Shown here: one piece after another, positions 21,201-31,088 of the stretch
Layout: every line of letters starts with the position of its first letter
Position numbering within the stretch: the stretch's first letter is position 1
NCBI GenBank assembly: GCA_002269645.1
Contig: NIVC01001926.1
Location: forward strand, 1 to 31,944
Direction of reading: 5' to 3'
DNA length: 31,944 nucleotides
Source of the DNA: Macrostomum lignano
Lineage: Eukaryota
Program-made: the position numbers and the translations under genes
Notes under the pieces: generated by a model
What the model saw: the letters and a program-made list of their open reading frames with translations, nothing else
Told to the model about the DNA's origin: nothing
The model's database searches: none

Positions 21201-24200
21201 TCTACTCTATTTTACGAGCTACTTAACTCTACTCGGCTCTACTCTGCTCTACTCTACTTCACCTATTTTAGTCTACTCTACTGCGCTTGTACTTCAGTCT
21301 TATCCACTCTTCTTCACTCAACATTATTTCTTGAAATATTTCTACTCTACCAAGCTCTACCCAGCAATAAAACCAAGGTGCAACTAGAACTATGGGTTTT
21401 AGTTTTCTCTGATATTACCTATAATTCTACTGGAGTCTAATGTATTGTATTATACTTTGCAATTTCATATTCTTATCTCCATTATATTCTACTCAATACA
21501 GTCTACACAGTGCCTATTACTAGGGTAATCAGCATTGGGTTTCCAGTCCGTCGCGATGAATTGGTGTATAACTCTGACCGACCGAATTATTTGCCTTAAC
21601 TTCCCCTGATTTATGGAAGTGCAAGCGCCAGTCGTCTCGGCTTCGCTCACATACGTTCTGACCGTCTGCCCCACCTATCAGTATCTGCACTGGTGGCTAT
21701 GCCGCCTGCAATGCAAGCCCTTGGCAACGGACCTGCTTCCAATGTTTTCTTCGCAAATGTTAATCTAACTACACGTTCCTTGGTACACGAATGCTATCCC
21801 AAAACAGATAGTTGATTGCGTTGCGGCGGCCTGCGCAAAGCGGGACCGGACCTGCATGCCATTAATCTTTTGGCTGGGCCAAAGGAAGGTGCCGTGCGAT
21901 TTCTGCAACAATTTTGCTGCTTTAGCTGAACTTGGAAATCTCCAATACTTTCGATGCCGCTTACTCGCTTGACCGCTTGACCGCAGACAAAAGTTATAGT
22001 AAGGCATTCAGTTACCGGTTTTCGTCTGTCTATGGCCTCTTGTCCCATCCACCAACTGTCTATGGCCCCTTGTCCCATGCACCAACTGTCTATGGCTACT
22101 TGTCTCATGTACCAACTGTCTATGGCCACTTGTCCTATCTACTGTCCATGGTCTCTGGCCACTTGTCCCATCTACCAACTGTCTATGGCTACTTGTCTCA
22201 TGTACCGACTGTCTATGGCCACTTGTCCTATCTACTGTCCATGGTCTATGGCTACTTGTCCCATCCACCAACTGTCTATGGCCACTTGTCCCATCCATCA
22301 ACTGTCTATGGCTACTTGTCCCATCCACCAACTGTCTATGGCCACTTGTCCCATCCATCAACTGTCTATGGCTACTTGTCCCATCCACCAACTGTCTATG
22401 GCCACTTGTCCCATCCATCAACTGTCTATGGCTACTTGTCCCATCCACCAACTGTCTATGGCCACTTGTCCCATCCATCAACCAACCAACCAAGACTAGG
22501 GGAATTTCTGCCCTAAAACTTTACGATCTAGAGTCGCAATGGACTGACAGCACGAGCTAAAATGACTGAATTAAAATCTCGTAATTCCCACTCTATTATA
22601 AGCCTAGGATTTTAGAATTCCAAATTAATTAACTCATTTATGCCCTCCGCTTCCACAGCCAGCTTTTCTCCGGCAAAATCGAGAAACAGACAGCGGCGTT
22701 AAAAAGTCTTTAGGAAGCCAATCGGAACAATTAAAGTTGTTGGAAAACGGCTAACGGATTAGGCTGCGGATTTGAGTGACTGCTCACTACTCACGCAAAC
22801 TGGTTAGCAAGATGATCAACCAGGACCGCTAGATCAGAAGGATTGAACGGTTACGGGAGAAGAATGAGATTAAAGAGCAGGAGAGAAATACGTCCCAAGA
22901 CAATCGGCGACTTTATCCGATTATGAATCTTATGAGTCTATTCTATGTTCAAACCGGTTGCGGCACAAACACTATTTTATGTCTGTTTCTGGAAAAGATT
23001 TATACCCCCCTAGTAATTATACAGTACTTTACTTACCAAACTGGACTATTAAATAGGATTGTACTTTTAATCTAACAATAAAATAATCTCGCTGATGCAT
23101 TTTGCAGCGTGAAATTGCACGACTGACGAGTGCAGGGGCCTTCTGCCTCAGCTGTGCATGGTATATGAGTATGAAAATGTGAAAACATAGCTGCTCGTAC
23201 CTGACAGCTTGTACACAGGCTTTTCAATGGCATTTCAGTTTAGATTTGGAAAGTTTATTGTTTAGAATAAACAATAGCCAATAAGATTTTAAAAAACTAT
23301 GAACAATAGGGGGTTGTAGCCTAGTGGTAAGAGCGTCGAACTCACGACTGAAAGGTCGGGGGTTCGAATCTCAACCCAGTCAGAACAATTTTTGTCCTTG
23401 AGCAAGACACTAAACTCTGCATTGCTTCAGTTAACCCAGCAGTAAAATGGGTGCCAGATGGGGTACATGGAATTGACAGTGTGTGGCGACCCCCCAGTCC
23501 TTGGACTGAACAGCCGTACGCAGCTTTCAGATGCACCGCGCAATAGCTGCGGCTGAGCTGTCGGTTGCACGTCTGGCCCAATTTGGTCAGGTGTACTCAG
23601 TTATTATTATTGTTCAGAAAACTGGGCATGAGGAAGAAAGGGGTTCGATCAGCCTTAAAAAAACTACATTTTGTTCTTGTTTGAAAGTTTCGCGTTAATC
23701 TACGAGCGTACATAAAAATTCATTGAGTCATAATAAAAGTCAAATTAGGCATTGGGGCGTGACAGTGAGGCCAGCATTCTGGCCTCCAATCCGGACATTG
23801 GGAAGCGCCGGCGTCGGCAAGCCGAGGCCGCAGCAATCATGCTGGGAGCTGCTGCTCGTGCCGGCACTGTTTGATCCGCTTGTTGCGGCCAAATGCCGAC
23901 AATTTAGTCGGCATGCGATTCTCAGTAAACGCTGTGTTATAAAATTTGCCGCGAAACACGACAGGCTTCGATTTTGTGACGATAATTTGCTAAGTTTGTG
24001 TTTCTCCCTCTTGCTCGCTTCCTAAGCGAGTAAATGAAATCGCTAATTTCAAGTTGAAACGTTTTTACGACTGGGAGTTCGGTTCAAAGCTCGGGCATCG
24101 ATTAGGTTGCCAGGGAGAGAGTGAGCTAGGACTGCCCCCCCCCAGCTGCATTGGGGTCAGTAGTGTCCGCTGTTCCATCGTGTTCCCCGTCAGATTATCC

Positions 24201-26450
24201 ACTTTAACAACACCAATTAATGACCGAACTCTATATATGCAGCTTTAGTCAGGAAGGTTTTGTAATTAAGAGCACTTGTATGAGCAATTGAACACGGCTG
24301 CTTCTACAACTGTTTATTGGATCAAAGATTTTAGGAGTTAGAACACCTTTTTGAGAAACCAACTGTTGTCATAGGGACGCATTGGTCATAGCATCTCTCT
24401 CAGTACGCTCATTATTCAAAGCTTTGAAATCCTTACGTACGGCTACTAAAAATGATTTGATGAGACAATGTGCTTAACCTCTTCCACACTGATGCCTTTG
24501 GGTCTCACTAGGGTAGCTCTGTCTAGGGTAGTCCGGTCTTGAAAAGCTAGTCTGGACTTGGATTTGGTATGCAGAAACACAAAGTTAGACCAGTCTACTA
24601 TAGCAGAACTAGGGTAGCTAGACCATAGACTATAGACTGAACTACCCAAGTCCGGACTAGCTAGTCTGGACTAGGCTTTCTGCATACGGCCCATGGTTTT
24701 ATTATAGGCAATGATTAACTTCAGTCACTCTTTTCTTCACCACTCCTGAAAAATTAACCATTTTCTGCCTCTAAAACCATAGACACAATCTACCATTGTC
24801 TGCCTCCAAAACCATAGACACAATCTACCATTGTATACCTCCAAAAACATAGACACAATCTACCATTGTCTGCCTCCAAAGCCATAGACACAATCTACCA
24901 TTGTCTGCCTCCAAAACCATAGACACAATCTACCATTGTCTACCTCCAAAACCATAGACACAATCTACCATTGTCTGACTCCAAAGCCATAGACACAATC
25001 TACCATTGTCTACCTCCAAAACCATAGACACAATCTACCATTGTCTACCTCCAAAACCATAGACACAATCTACCATTTCTTTCTCCAAAACCATCGACAC
25101 AAGCTGTCATTGTCCCTTATCAAGCCCCTTTAGGGCCCTCAAACCAAACTATCACCCATCTACACCCCAGATGTACTTTTGTCATCATGGGTTTTCCAAA
25201 AGTTAGCAAGTAGGAGTGTACACAGGAATAGTCAAAGGCAAAGTCAAAGGCAAATGTCCGATGAATACGAGCGTACGCAATTGTCATTTTTCATTGTGCG
25301 CTTGCACTGCACAATGCCAGCATCCTTGCACGCGCTGAGGTCAAACGACAATCTGATACCAGACAACTGCGGGTGCCGTACAAAGTTTTGACCACAAGTG
25401 AACTGAGTTCAGTGCTCGGACGGGATCCCGTCCAAAAGCTGATGTCGGGAACGAAACGTTTTGAAAGATTACGTTTCTGCGGCTACAAGCTATTATTGTT
25501 GTCCTCGAAGGCAGGAAGGAAGAAGGAATCAAAGAGACAGGGCTGGAAAGTCTGGGTCAGGAAATTAAGGAACTCACCTGTTGGTGCACGGCCACCCTGA
25601 GCCCGCCGGTCTCCAGTCCCGTCGTCACGGTGTCGCTGTAATAGTCGATGCTCTGCTTGACGTCGACGCTGGGACTGTACAATACCAGGACGAGGCCTTT
25701 CTCCACTCCGCTGGACCGAATAAACCTGTTAGTAGCCTTGAACGAGAAGCAGTTGCCATAGTCCCGGTGGTAGAACACTGTGAAATTTTTACCTGTGCAT
25801 CGCTCCTGATTGTACTGGCAGTACAGCAGCATGTCGAATATCCTTGCGCTGGCGGCTGTCATGTTGAACTTTGGCCAGGTGTGCACCGCGTGCTCAAAGG
25901 TTGCGTAGGCCAGTTTGATGGCTTTGACGCGGCTGCTGGCCTCGTCGTCTCGTTCTTCATCCGACACCAGGTAGCCCAGCATGTAGTTGGCCACAAAGTA
26001 ATTGTTTCTGTTCACGTCGCTGCGCAGCTGTCTGGAGCCTATGGTAAAGAATTTCTTCATCAGCGGATCGCAGAATGTCACATCCGGGAAGGTGAACCGG
26101 TTGGTGAGCAGCCTGGTCGTGCTGGACACCGGATAGGCTCGAAACAGGCTGATCTGCTTGTAGGTGTGCAGCGTGAGGCCAGTCATGGCTCCGAACACCA
26201 CCAGAGCCCACAGCCCCCGCAGCCAGGGCACCTGCTGCGAGAAGAATCTGCCAAGCCCGTGCGCGGACGTCCTGTGCGCAAAGCTCTGCAAATTGGCGCA
26301 CAGCATCCGCCTGCGATAGTTGTGCCGGCTTTTCGACTTACTACCTAGCTGCCGCCGCTGCTCAACAGGGTCGCCTCCGAGATCGGTGCGCCAGTCGGAA
26401 TCGTCCGCCTCCTCCAGCGCCCTCTCCAGCATATCGCTTTTCGGGTCCAT
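11766..26450 (-). CDS. DEG/ENaC amiloride-sensitive cation channel subunit, FaNaC-like, 767 aa (exons 26450-25578, 14997-14843, 13302-12464, 12202-11766)
   Basis: Motifs: TSAHG pre-TM1, TM1, FPDVTFC, YGNCFSF, GGLRVAVHQQ|DTIPYP..YGI, CKC, WP, FLQLRVY, LFSDLGGIMG|LWIGVSMVTLCE (GxS filter). All three introns are GT-AG and phase-matched (0, 2, 1). Exons sum to 873+155+839+437 = 2304 nt = 767 aa plus stop. An in-frame TAA lies about 36 nt upstream of the ATG. Confidence 0.93.
12464..13302 (-). CDS. DEG/ENaC exon 3 (thumb, knuckle, pre-TM2)
   Basis: Acceptor AATTTCAG ends at 13303; donor G|GTGAGT at 12463; in frame with ORF 12456..13394. Confidence 0.92.
13755..13945 (-). mobile_element. tRNA-derived SINE-like element in channel intron 2
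   Basis: Minus strand has an A-box-like CAGCTCAGCGG (13932-13922), B box GGTTCGATTCC (13889-13879), a non-tRNA body and a GTGTGA-type tail. The anticodon arm does not pair. Confidence 0.6.
14843..14997 (-). CDS. DEG/ENaC exon 2 (missed by the ORF track): DTIPYPSEYGINSPSGMQTVLALNQVQTSLANTPTKRCEPKGRFHAFDHLLG
   Basis: Acceptor CCCGCAG ends at 14998; donor GG|GTAAGT at 14842. It supplies the expected post-VH P..P...GI...G..T.L segment. Confidence 0.9.
15109..16744. repeat. 41/43-bp minisatellite (GCCATCACGGATGAAGGAATAGAATGGATTGCTAATCTATA), about 39 copies
   Basis: Period 41 (e.g. 15301 to 15342). Head-to-tail with no spacers. Confidence 0.98.
17791..18530. repeat. (GTCA)n microsatellite, about 740 bp
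   Basis: Directly visible, with scattered GTTA/TTCA variants. Confidence 0.98.
19926..20093. repeat. 33-bp minisatellite (CCACTTGTACCTACATTCACCAACTGTCTATGG), about 5 copies
   Basis: Period 33 (19948 to 19981). Confidence 0.92.
20804..21280. repeat. (CTCTA)n pentanucleotide microsatellite
   Basis: Near-perfect to about 21209, degenerate afterwards. Confidence 0.97.
22025..22490. repeat. 30-bp minisatellite (CCACTTGTCCCATCCACCAACTGTCTATGG), about 15 copies
   Basis: Period 30. Homologous to the 33-bp array, differing by a 3-bp indel. Confidence 0.95.
23309..23612 (+). mobile_element. tRNA-derived SINE with a CORE-like central domain and (TTA)n tail
   Basis: A box TAGCCTAGTGG and B box GGTTCGAATC. 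These are followed by GTCCTTGAGCAAGACACTAAACTC...GTAAAATGGG, resembling the CORE-SINE TGACCTTGGGCAAGTCACTTAACCTC...TGTAAAATGGG. Ends TTATTATTATT. Confidence 0.8.
24775..25100. repeat. 35-bp minisatellite (AAAACCATAGACACAATCTACCATTGTCTACCTCC), about 9 copies
   Basis: Period 35 (24781 to 24816). Confidence 0.95.
25578..26450 (-). CDS. DEG/ENaC exon 1 (N-terminus, TM1, finger, palm)
   Basis: ORF 25557..26450; donor CAG|GTGAGT at 25577. Confidence 0.93.
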
Positions 26451-27069
26451 TGTCCGCTGTGCCTCTCTCCTTCCTGATCTCTCGCTCCTTTAACTAGCTT
26501 GATATTCAAGCTATCCAAACACAGCGTATCTCCCGTGCTGACCCGATCAACTCCTGTTACTATGCAGGTTTGTTAAAATATGCGACCAGTTACCTGTAAG
26601 CGCAGGCTATACTCGCAACTTTCTCTGTCTCTCTCAGCCAGGCCTGAGCCCGCAGTGCTCGCCGTCAGCCAGGCTAAATCGATGGCCAACCCTTGGCCAG
26701 CGAAGTCCCGATCCGCGATCCCCTCCTCTTTCCCAGCTAGGCAAGGATTGGCTGCCTCGCTGCCTGCACCGGTCTCGGTAGCGGTCTCGGGCGCGCGCTT
26801 CTCATTGTTCTGAAGTGCATCAGTTTAGATGGAATTTATTGGGCGCGTTCGAGCTGCTGAGACTGGCTTGGGCTTGAGTTTAGAAAGGTCAATCTAGCGT
26901 CCGTTAGTGAAACAATGAGAAGCAGGGTCGAAACGTAGCAGAAGAATTGATGAGTTAGTATTAAAGACTACAAAGTTTTACATTATACGCTCGTAGTTCA
27001 CAGACGTTGTTAACTAGTTGCTTACATTTTTAGTATTGCTTAGGTGTGCTGTATATGTTGTACTCGTAT

Positions 27070-27817
27070 CTGCTGTCTATGAAACTCGTGCTGTCTATGA
27101 AACTCGTGCTGTCTATGAAACACTTTCTGTCAATTGAAATCGTGCTGTCTATGGAACTCGTGCTGTCTATGGAACTCGTGCTGTCTATGGAACTCGTGCT
27201 GTCAATGGAACTCGTGCTGTCTATGGAACTCGTGCAGTCTATGGAACTCTGCTGTCTATGAAACTCGTGCTGTCTATGGAACTCGTGCTGTCAATGGAAC
27301 TCGTGCTGTCTATGGAACTCGTGCAGTCTATGGAACTCTGCTGTCTATGAAACTCGTGCTGTCTATGAAACACTTTCTGTCAATTGAAATCGTGCTGTCT
27401 ATGGAACTCGTGCTGTCTATGGAACTCGTGCTGTCAATGGAACTCGCGCTGTCTATGGACCTCGTGCAGTCTATGGAACTCGTGCTGTCTATGGAACTCT
27501 GCTGTCTATGAAACTCGTGCAGTCTATGGAACTCGCGCTGTCTATGGAACTCGTGCTGTCTATGGAACTCGTGCTGTCAATGGAACTCGTGCTGTCTATG
27601 AAACTCGTGCTGTCTATGGAACTCGTGCTGTCAATGGAACTCGTGCTGTCTATGGAACTCGTGCTGTCAATGGAACTCGTGCTGTCTATGGAACTCGCGC
27701 TGTCTATGGAACTCGCGCTGTCTATGGAACTCGCGCTCTCTCGCGCTCTCTAGAACTTGCGCTGTCTATGGAACTCGCGCTCTCTCGCGCTCTCTAGAAC
27801 TCGCGCTCTCTATAGAA
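27070..27817. repeat. 18-bp minisatellite (GCTGTCTATGGAACTCGT) containing a 250-bp higher-order duplication
   Basis: Period 18. The variant block CACTTTCTGTCAATTGAAAT recurs at 27121 and 27371. Confidence 0.95.
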
Positions 27818-29699
27818 CTATGGTTAAGATAATTACGCACTCAAAATCGCACATACCGCACACCCCGAGATGGGCTACTCCAGCCGCCCACAGACCACAG
27901 GCAGTTGGAATCGGGTGCGATGGCGAATAAGACATTTTTCGACTGTCCTGCTGCTTCAAATGGAAGTTGAAATAGTTCTCTCTCAGAAGGGGGGCTCCCT
28001 TAGGTAGCGGAGGAAATGGCAGAAATTGTTGGGCCTGAAAACGTCGGAGAGGTCCAGGTTTGGGCCGAGGAAGGCGAGCCTGTCTTGAGTAAAGGCAAGA
28101 CGATTGCAGATTCTCAACACCGAAGAGGCAGAATGGGTATTCCTCACTACGGATTTTTCTTTGGAAGGTAAGGGTGGTCCCAAGGAGGCTACTTACCGCC
28201 CTGATGTTGAGTCCGAGGACGGAAGAGGGACAGGGGACGGCAGCGCGGGACTGCCGACAGTCGGGACCTTAGTCCGCCTCTTCCTGTGCTTGGATGCCAC
28301 CCACTGGTTGATCCGAGTCGTGAAAACGTCAGTAGGGGTTGAGGCCATGGGCAAGGGGGCCAGTGAGGACCCGTCCAGCCTTTGACCATCATCCCGTTGC
28401 GGGGTGGCCCGAGTGACTAAGAACGCCAGCCCGATAGTAAATACTCATTTAAAAGTCCACAATGTCATCTTTTATCACGGGGCAACTGCATGGCACTGGA
28501 TAAACAAAACATTAAGCATGCTCACATGCATGCGTAATTTGGTCACGGCTGAATTGCCACCGTTGCAGTGCGAATATTTGAGCCCCGTAAAAACAAAACC
28601 TTGGCTCCCGTATGGTGCGGTGCCTTGTAGGGCAAGATTTAAATTCAGTGTTCTCAAGGTGGACCTGCTGTTTTAGCCTCATCCCTTGGGATTTCTCTCT
28701 TTTTAGCCGTTTTAATTTTTCCGTTTCAACCCCCTCTCAGAAGGATCAGCCATCCGGATGGCTCGTCCAAAACCAGACTATGCCAGGAAACAAACAGAAT
28801 AAGTCCCAGTGCATCTAACTGTACATTTTGGCAACAATTAACTGGTTTTAAAGATTAATGCAAGCCAACCGGAGCTCGCTCAGATAATTTCTAACATCGT
28901 GTAGATTTCCATTAAAAGTTGACATGAATATTAATCAGCTGCGATCAGACGCTGGCTACTTGGGGGACGCTACAAAAATAACTGAGATGAACTTTCTCCT
29001 GAGAGGGGATTTATTCAATCCTGCTAAAACTCCTTTACCGTTCAAAAACCAACCGAATATTTTAGTTGGCGAGTGAGTAAAGAATATTTCTTCAGTCTTG
29101 AGCCCCGTGCGCCCCAGGGGGCCATTGTACTCAAAGTGAGCAGCGCCTACTTCAGCTAGCGGGCAGACAACCGCCAGTCCATCTGCTGCTCTCGGCCCCC
29201 AATCGGTCAGCCGAATTCCTGTTGGCAGAAAATTGAAGACTCGATTTTGATCTCGGCCAGAGCATGGAGAGATTTTGGCCCAGACTGGAGATTTGACTTG
29301 CATACGGATTCCGCCATGCCGGCCTCTCTTCCTTTCCCCGCCGCGACACATCGTGATGAGGATTGATTTTCTAGCCGACATCCTGCGCCATTCGCCTGTC
29401 ACGCTTGCGTGGGATTTCAATTTTTCTGTTCTCTGTCTCACGCTCTCTCTCTGGCTGCTGATTTTGCCGCTGCGTCAATTTGAATTTGCGCCAAAAACAC
29501 AAACAGCACCGCATGCTCCACTCCCAATAGAGTTTCGTCACTGCAATGCAGGATACGAGCTCCTGGTAGCGCCGAAGTCGCATTGCTGGTCTGTTTTGCA
29601 TCTTTGAAAACTTTTATTCAACTTTGCAAATACAACTTTTGCTTTCTGCCCGTGTTTGCTTATTGCCACTTTTAGCTCGCCTTTTGCTCGCCTTTTGCT

Positions 29700-29751
29700 C
29701 TCTCAACTCTCACCCTCACTCTCAATCTCACTGTCACTCTCAATCTCGTTG

Positions 29752-29806
<55 letters not shown>

Positions 29807-29905
29807 TGCACTCGCTCCCAATCTCACTCTCACTCTCACTCTCACTCTTGCACTCGCTCCTAATCTCACTCTCACTCTCACTCTCACTCTTGCACTCGCT
29901 CCTAA

Positions 29906-29944
<39 letters not shown>

Positions 29945-29985
29945 TGCACTCGCTCCCAATCTCACTCTCACTCTCACTCTCACTC
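29700..29985. repeat. (CTCTCA)n hexamer repeat with interspersed CTTGCACTCGCTCC variant units
   Basis: Directly visible. Confidence 0.93.
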
Positions 29986-30549
29986 CCCTTCACTTTTAAT
30001 TCTGGTATTCCCATCTTATTTATAATCTGTTTCTCGTAGTAGTTCGCTCTTAATTCCTTCTATTCCTTCTAAATCCGTATTATTTGAACAAAGCGCAGTA
30101 AAAGAATGATATGTGTCAGAGTCTACATGTAATTATCACCTACCAGCGCTAATAATTACACTAAAAGTAGGGAAGATAACACTTGGCATCCACAGGGCTA
30201 CATAATGGGGCATGCTGCATCCTTCACCTGCGGCACTGTCCCATCGGATAACATGTTATTACATCTAGGCTATTTAAACAAGACACAAGCACCCCTTAGA
30301 ATGCATCGAATTAACTTCACACCCTTGAACTTTGCTTAAATGCGATATAGGCTTCTGTTAATAATTTATCGAGACAACACGGGAGCCGATTTTGTCCACC
30401 GCACTGAAATCAATTGGCACTTTTCTACCATCAGGAAAATTTAATCTCCGCCTTCGTACTTTGTATTATTCGGAGTCTTTATATTGATACTGCATACGTT
30501 CGTACATGTACATTCAAGACTATATGACAGGCTCCAATTATCCTTACAG

Positions 30550-30925
30550 CCACCTCACACTCCGCGTCCCGCGTGTACAGTTTTGGATGTACATTGCTGA
30601 AAATTACCTGTGGGGTAAAGGACTCATTCCAACCCTCACGAAACCCACCTCACGCCCCATGTGTACAGTATTGGATGTACATTGCTGAAAATTATCAGTG
30701 GGGTAAGGGACGCATTCAAACCCTCCGACACCCACCTCACGCCCCATGTGTACAGTATTGGATGTACATTGCTGAAAATTATCAGTGGGGTAAGGGACTC
30801 ATTCTCAACCTCCCGACACCCACCTCACGCCCGCGCATGCAGTATTGAATGTACATTGCTGAAAATTTCCTGTGGGGTAAGGGACTCATTCCGACCCTCA
30901 CGAAACCCACCTCACGCCTGCGTGT
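30550..30925. repeat. 87-88 bp tandem repeat, about 4 copies
   Basis: GTACAG(T/A)TTGGATGTACATTGCTGAAAATT at 30575, 30663 and 30750, with a variant at about 30838. Confidence 0.92.
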
Positions 30926-31088
30926 ATATTGGGTGCAAGGACTTCCTTCCTTCAAAGACTTTTAGACTAGGAATTTACCAGCAAGGTGAAATAGATGGGT
31001 TTTCTTCCCGGTTTAGGCCCTTGCGGATTACCTTAATCTTGAGCCTCTTCAGTGGGAAGTTCTCTCAACTCTCAGTAGCGTAGGTAGT

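Noticed and set aside
21489-21674. Candidate for the missing channel exon (TSI...RQIIR...HCVD)
   Set aside because: No suitable splice sites. The exon at 14997-14843 fits the motif and both phases exactly.
21765-22007. SH2-like phrase KYWRFPSSAKAAKLLQKSHGTFL
   Set aside because: Lacks the FLVRES arginine and the rest of the domain; most likely chance.
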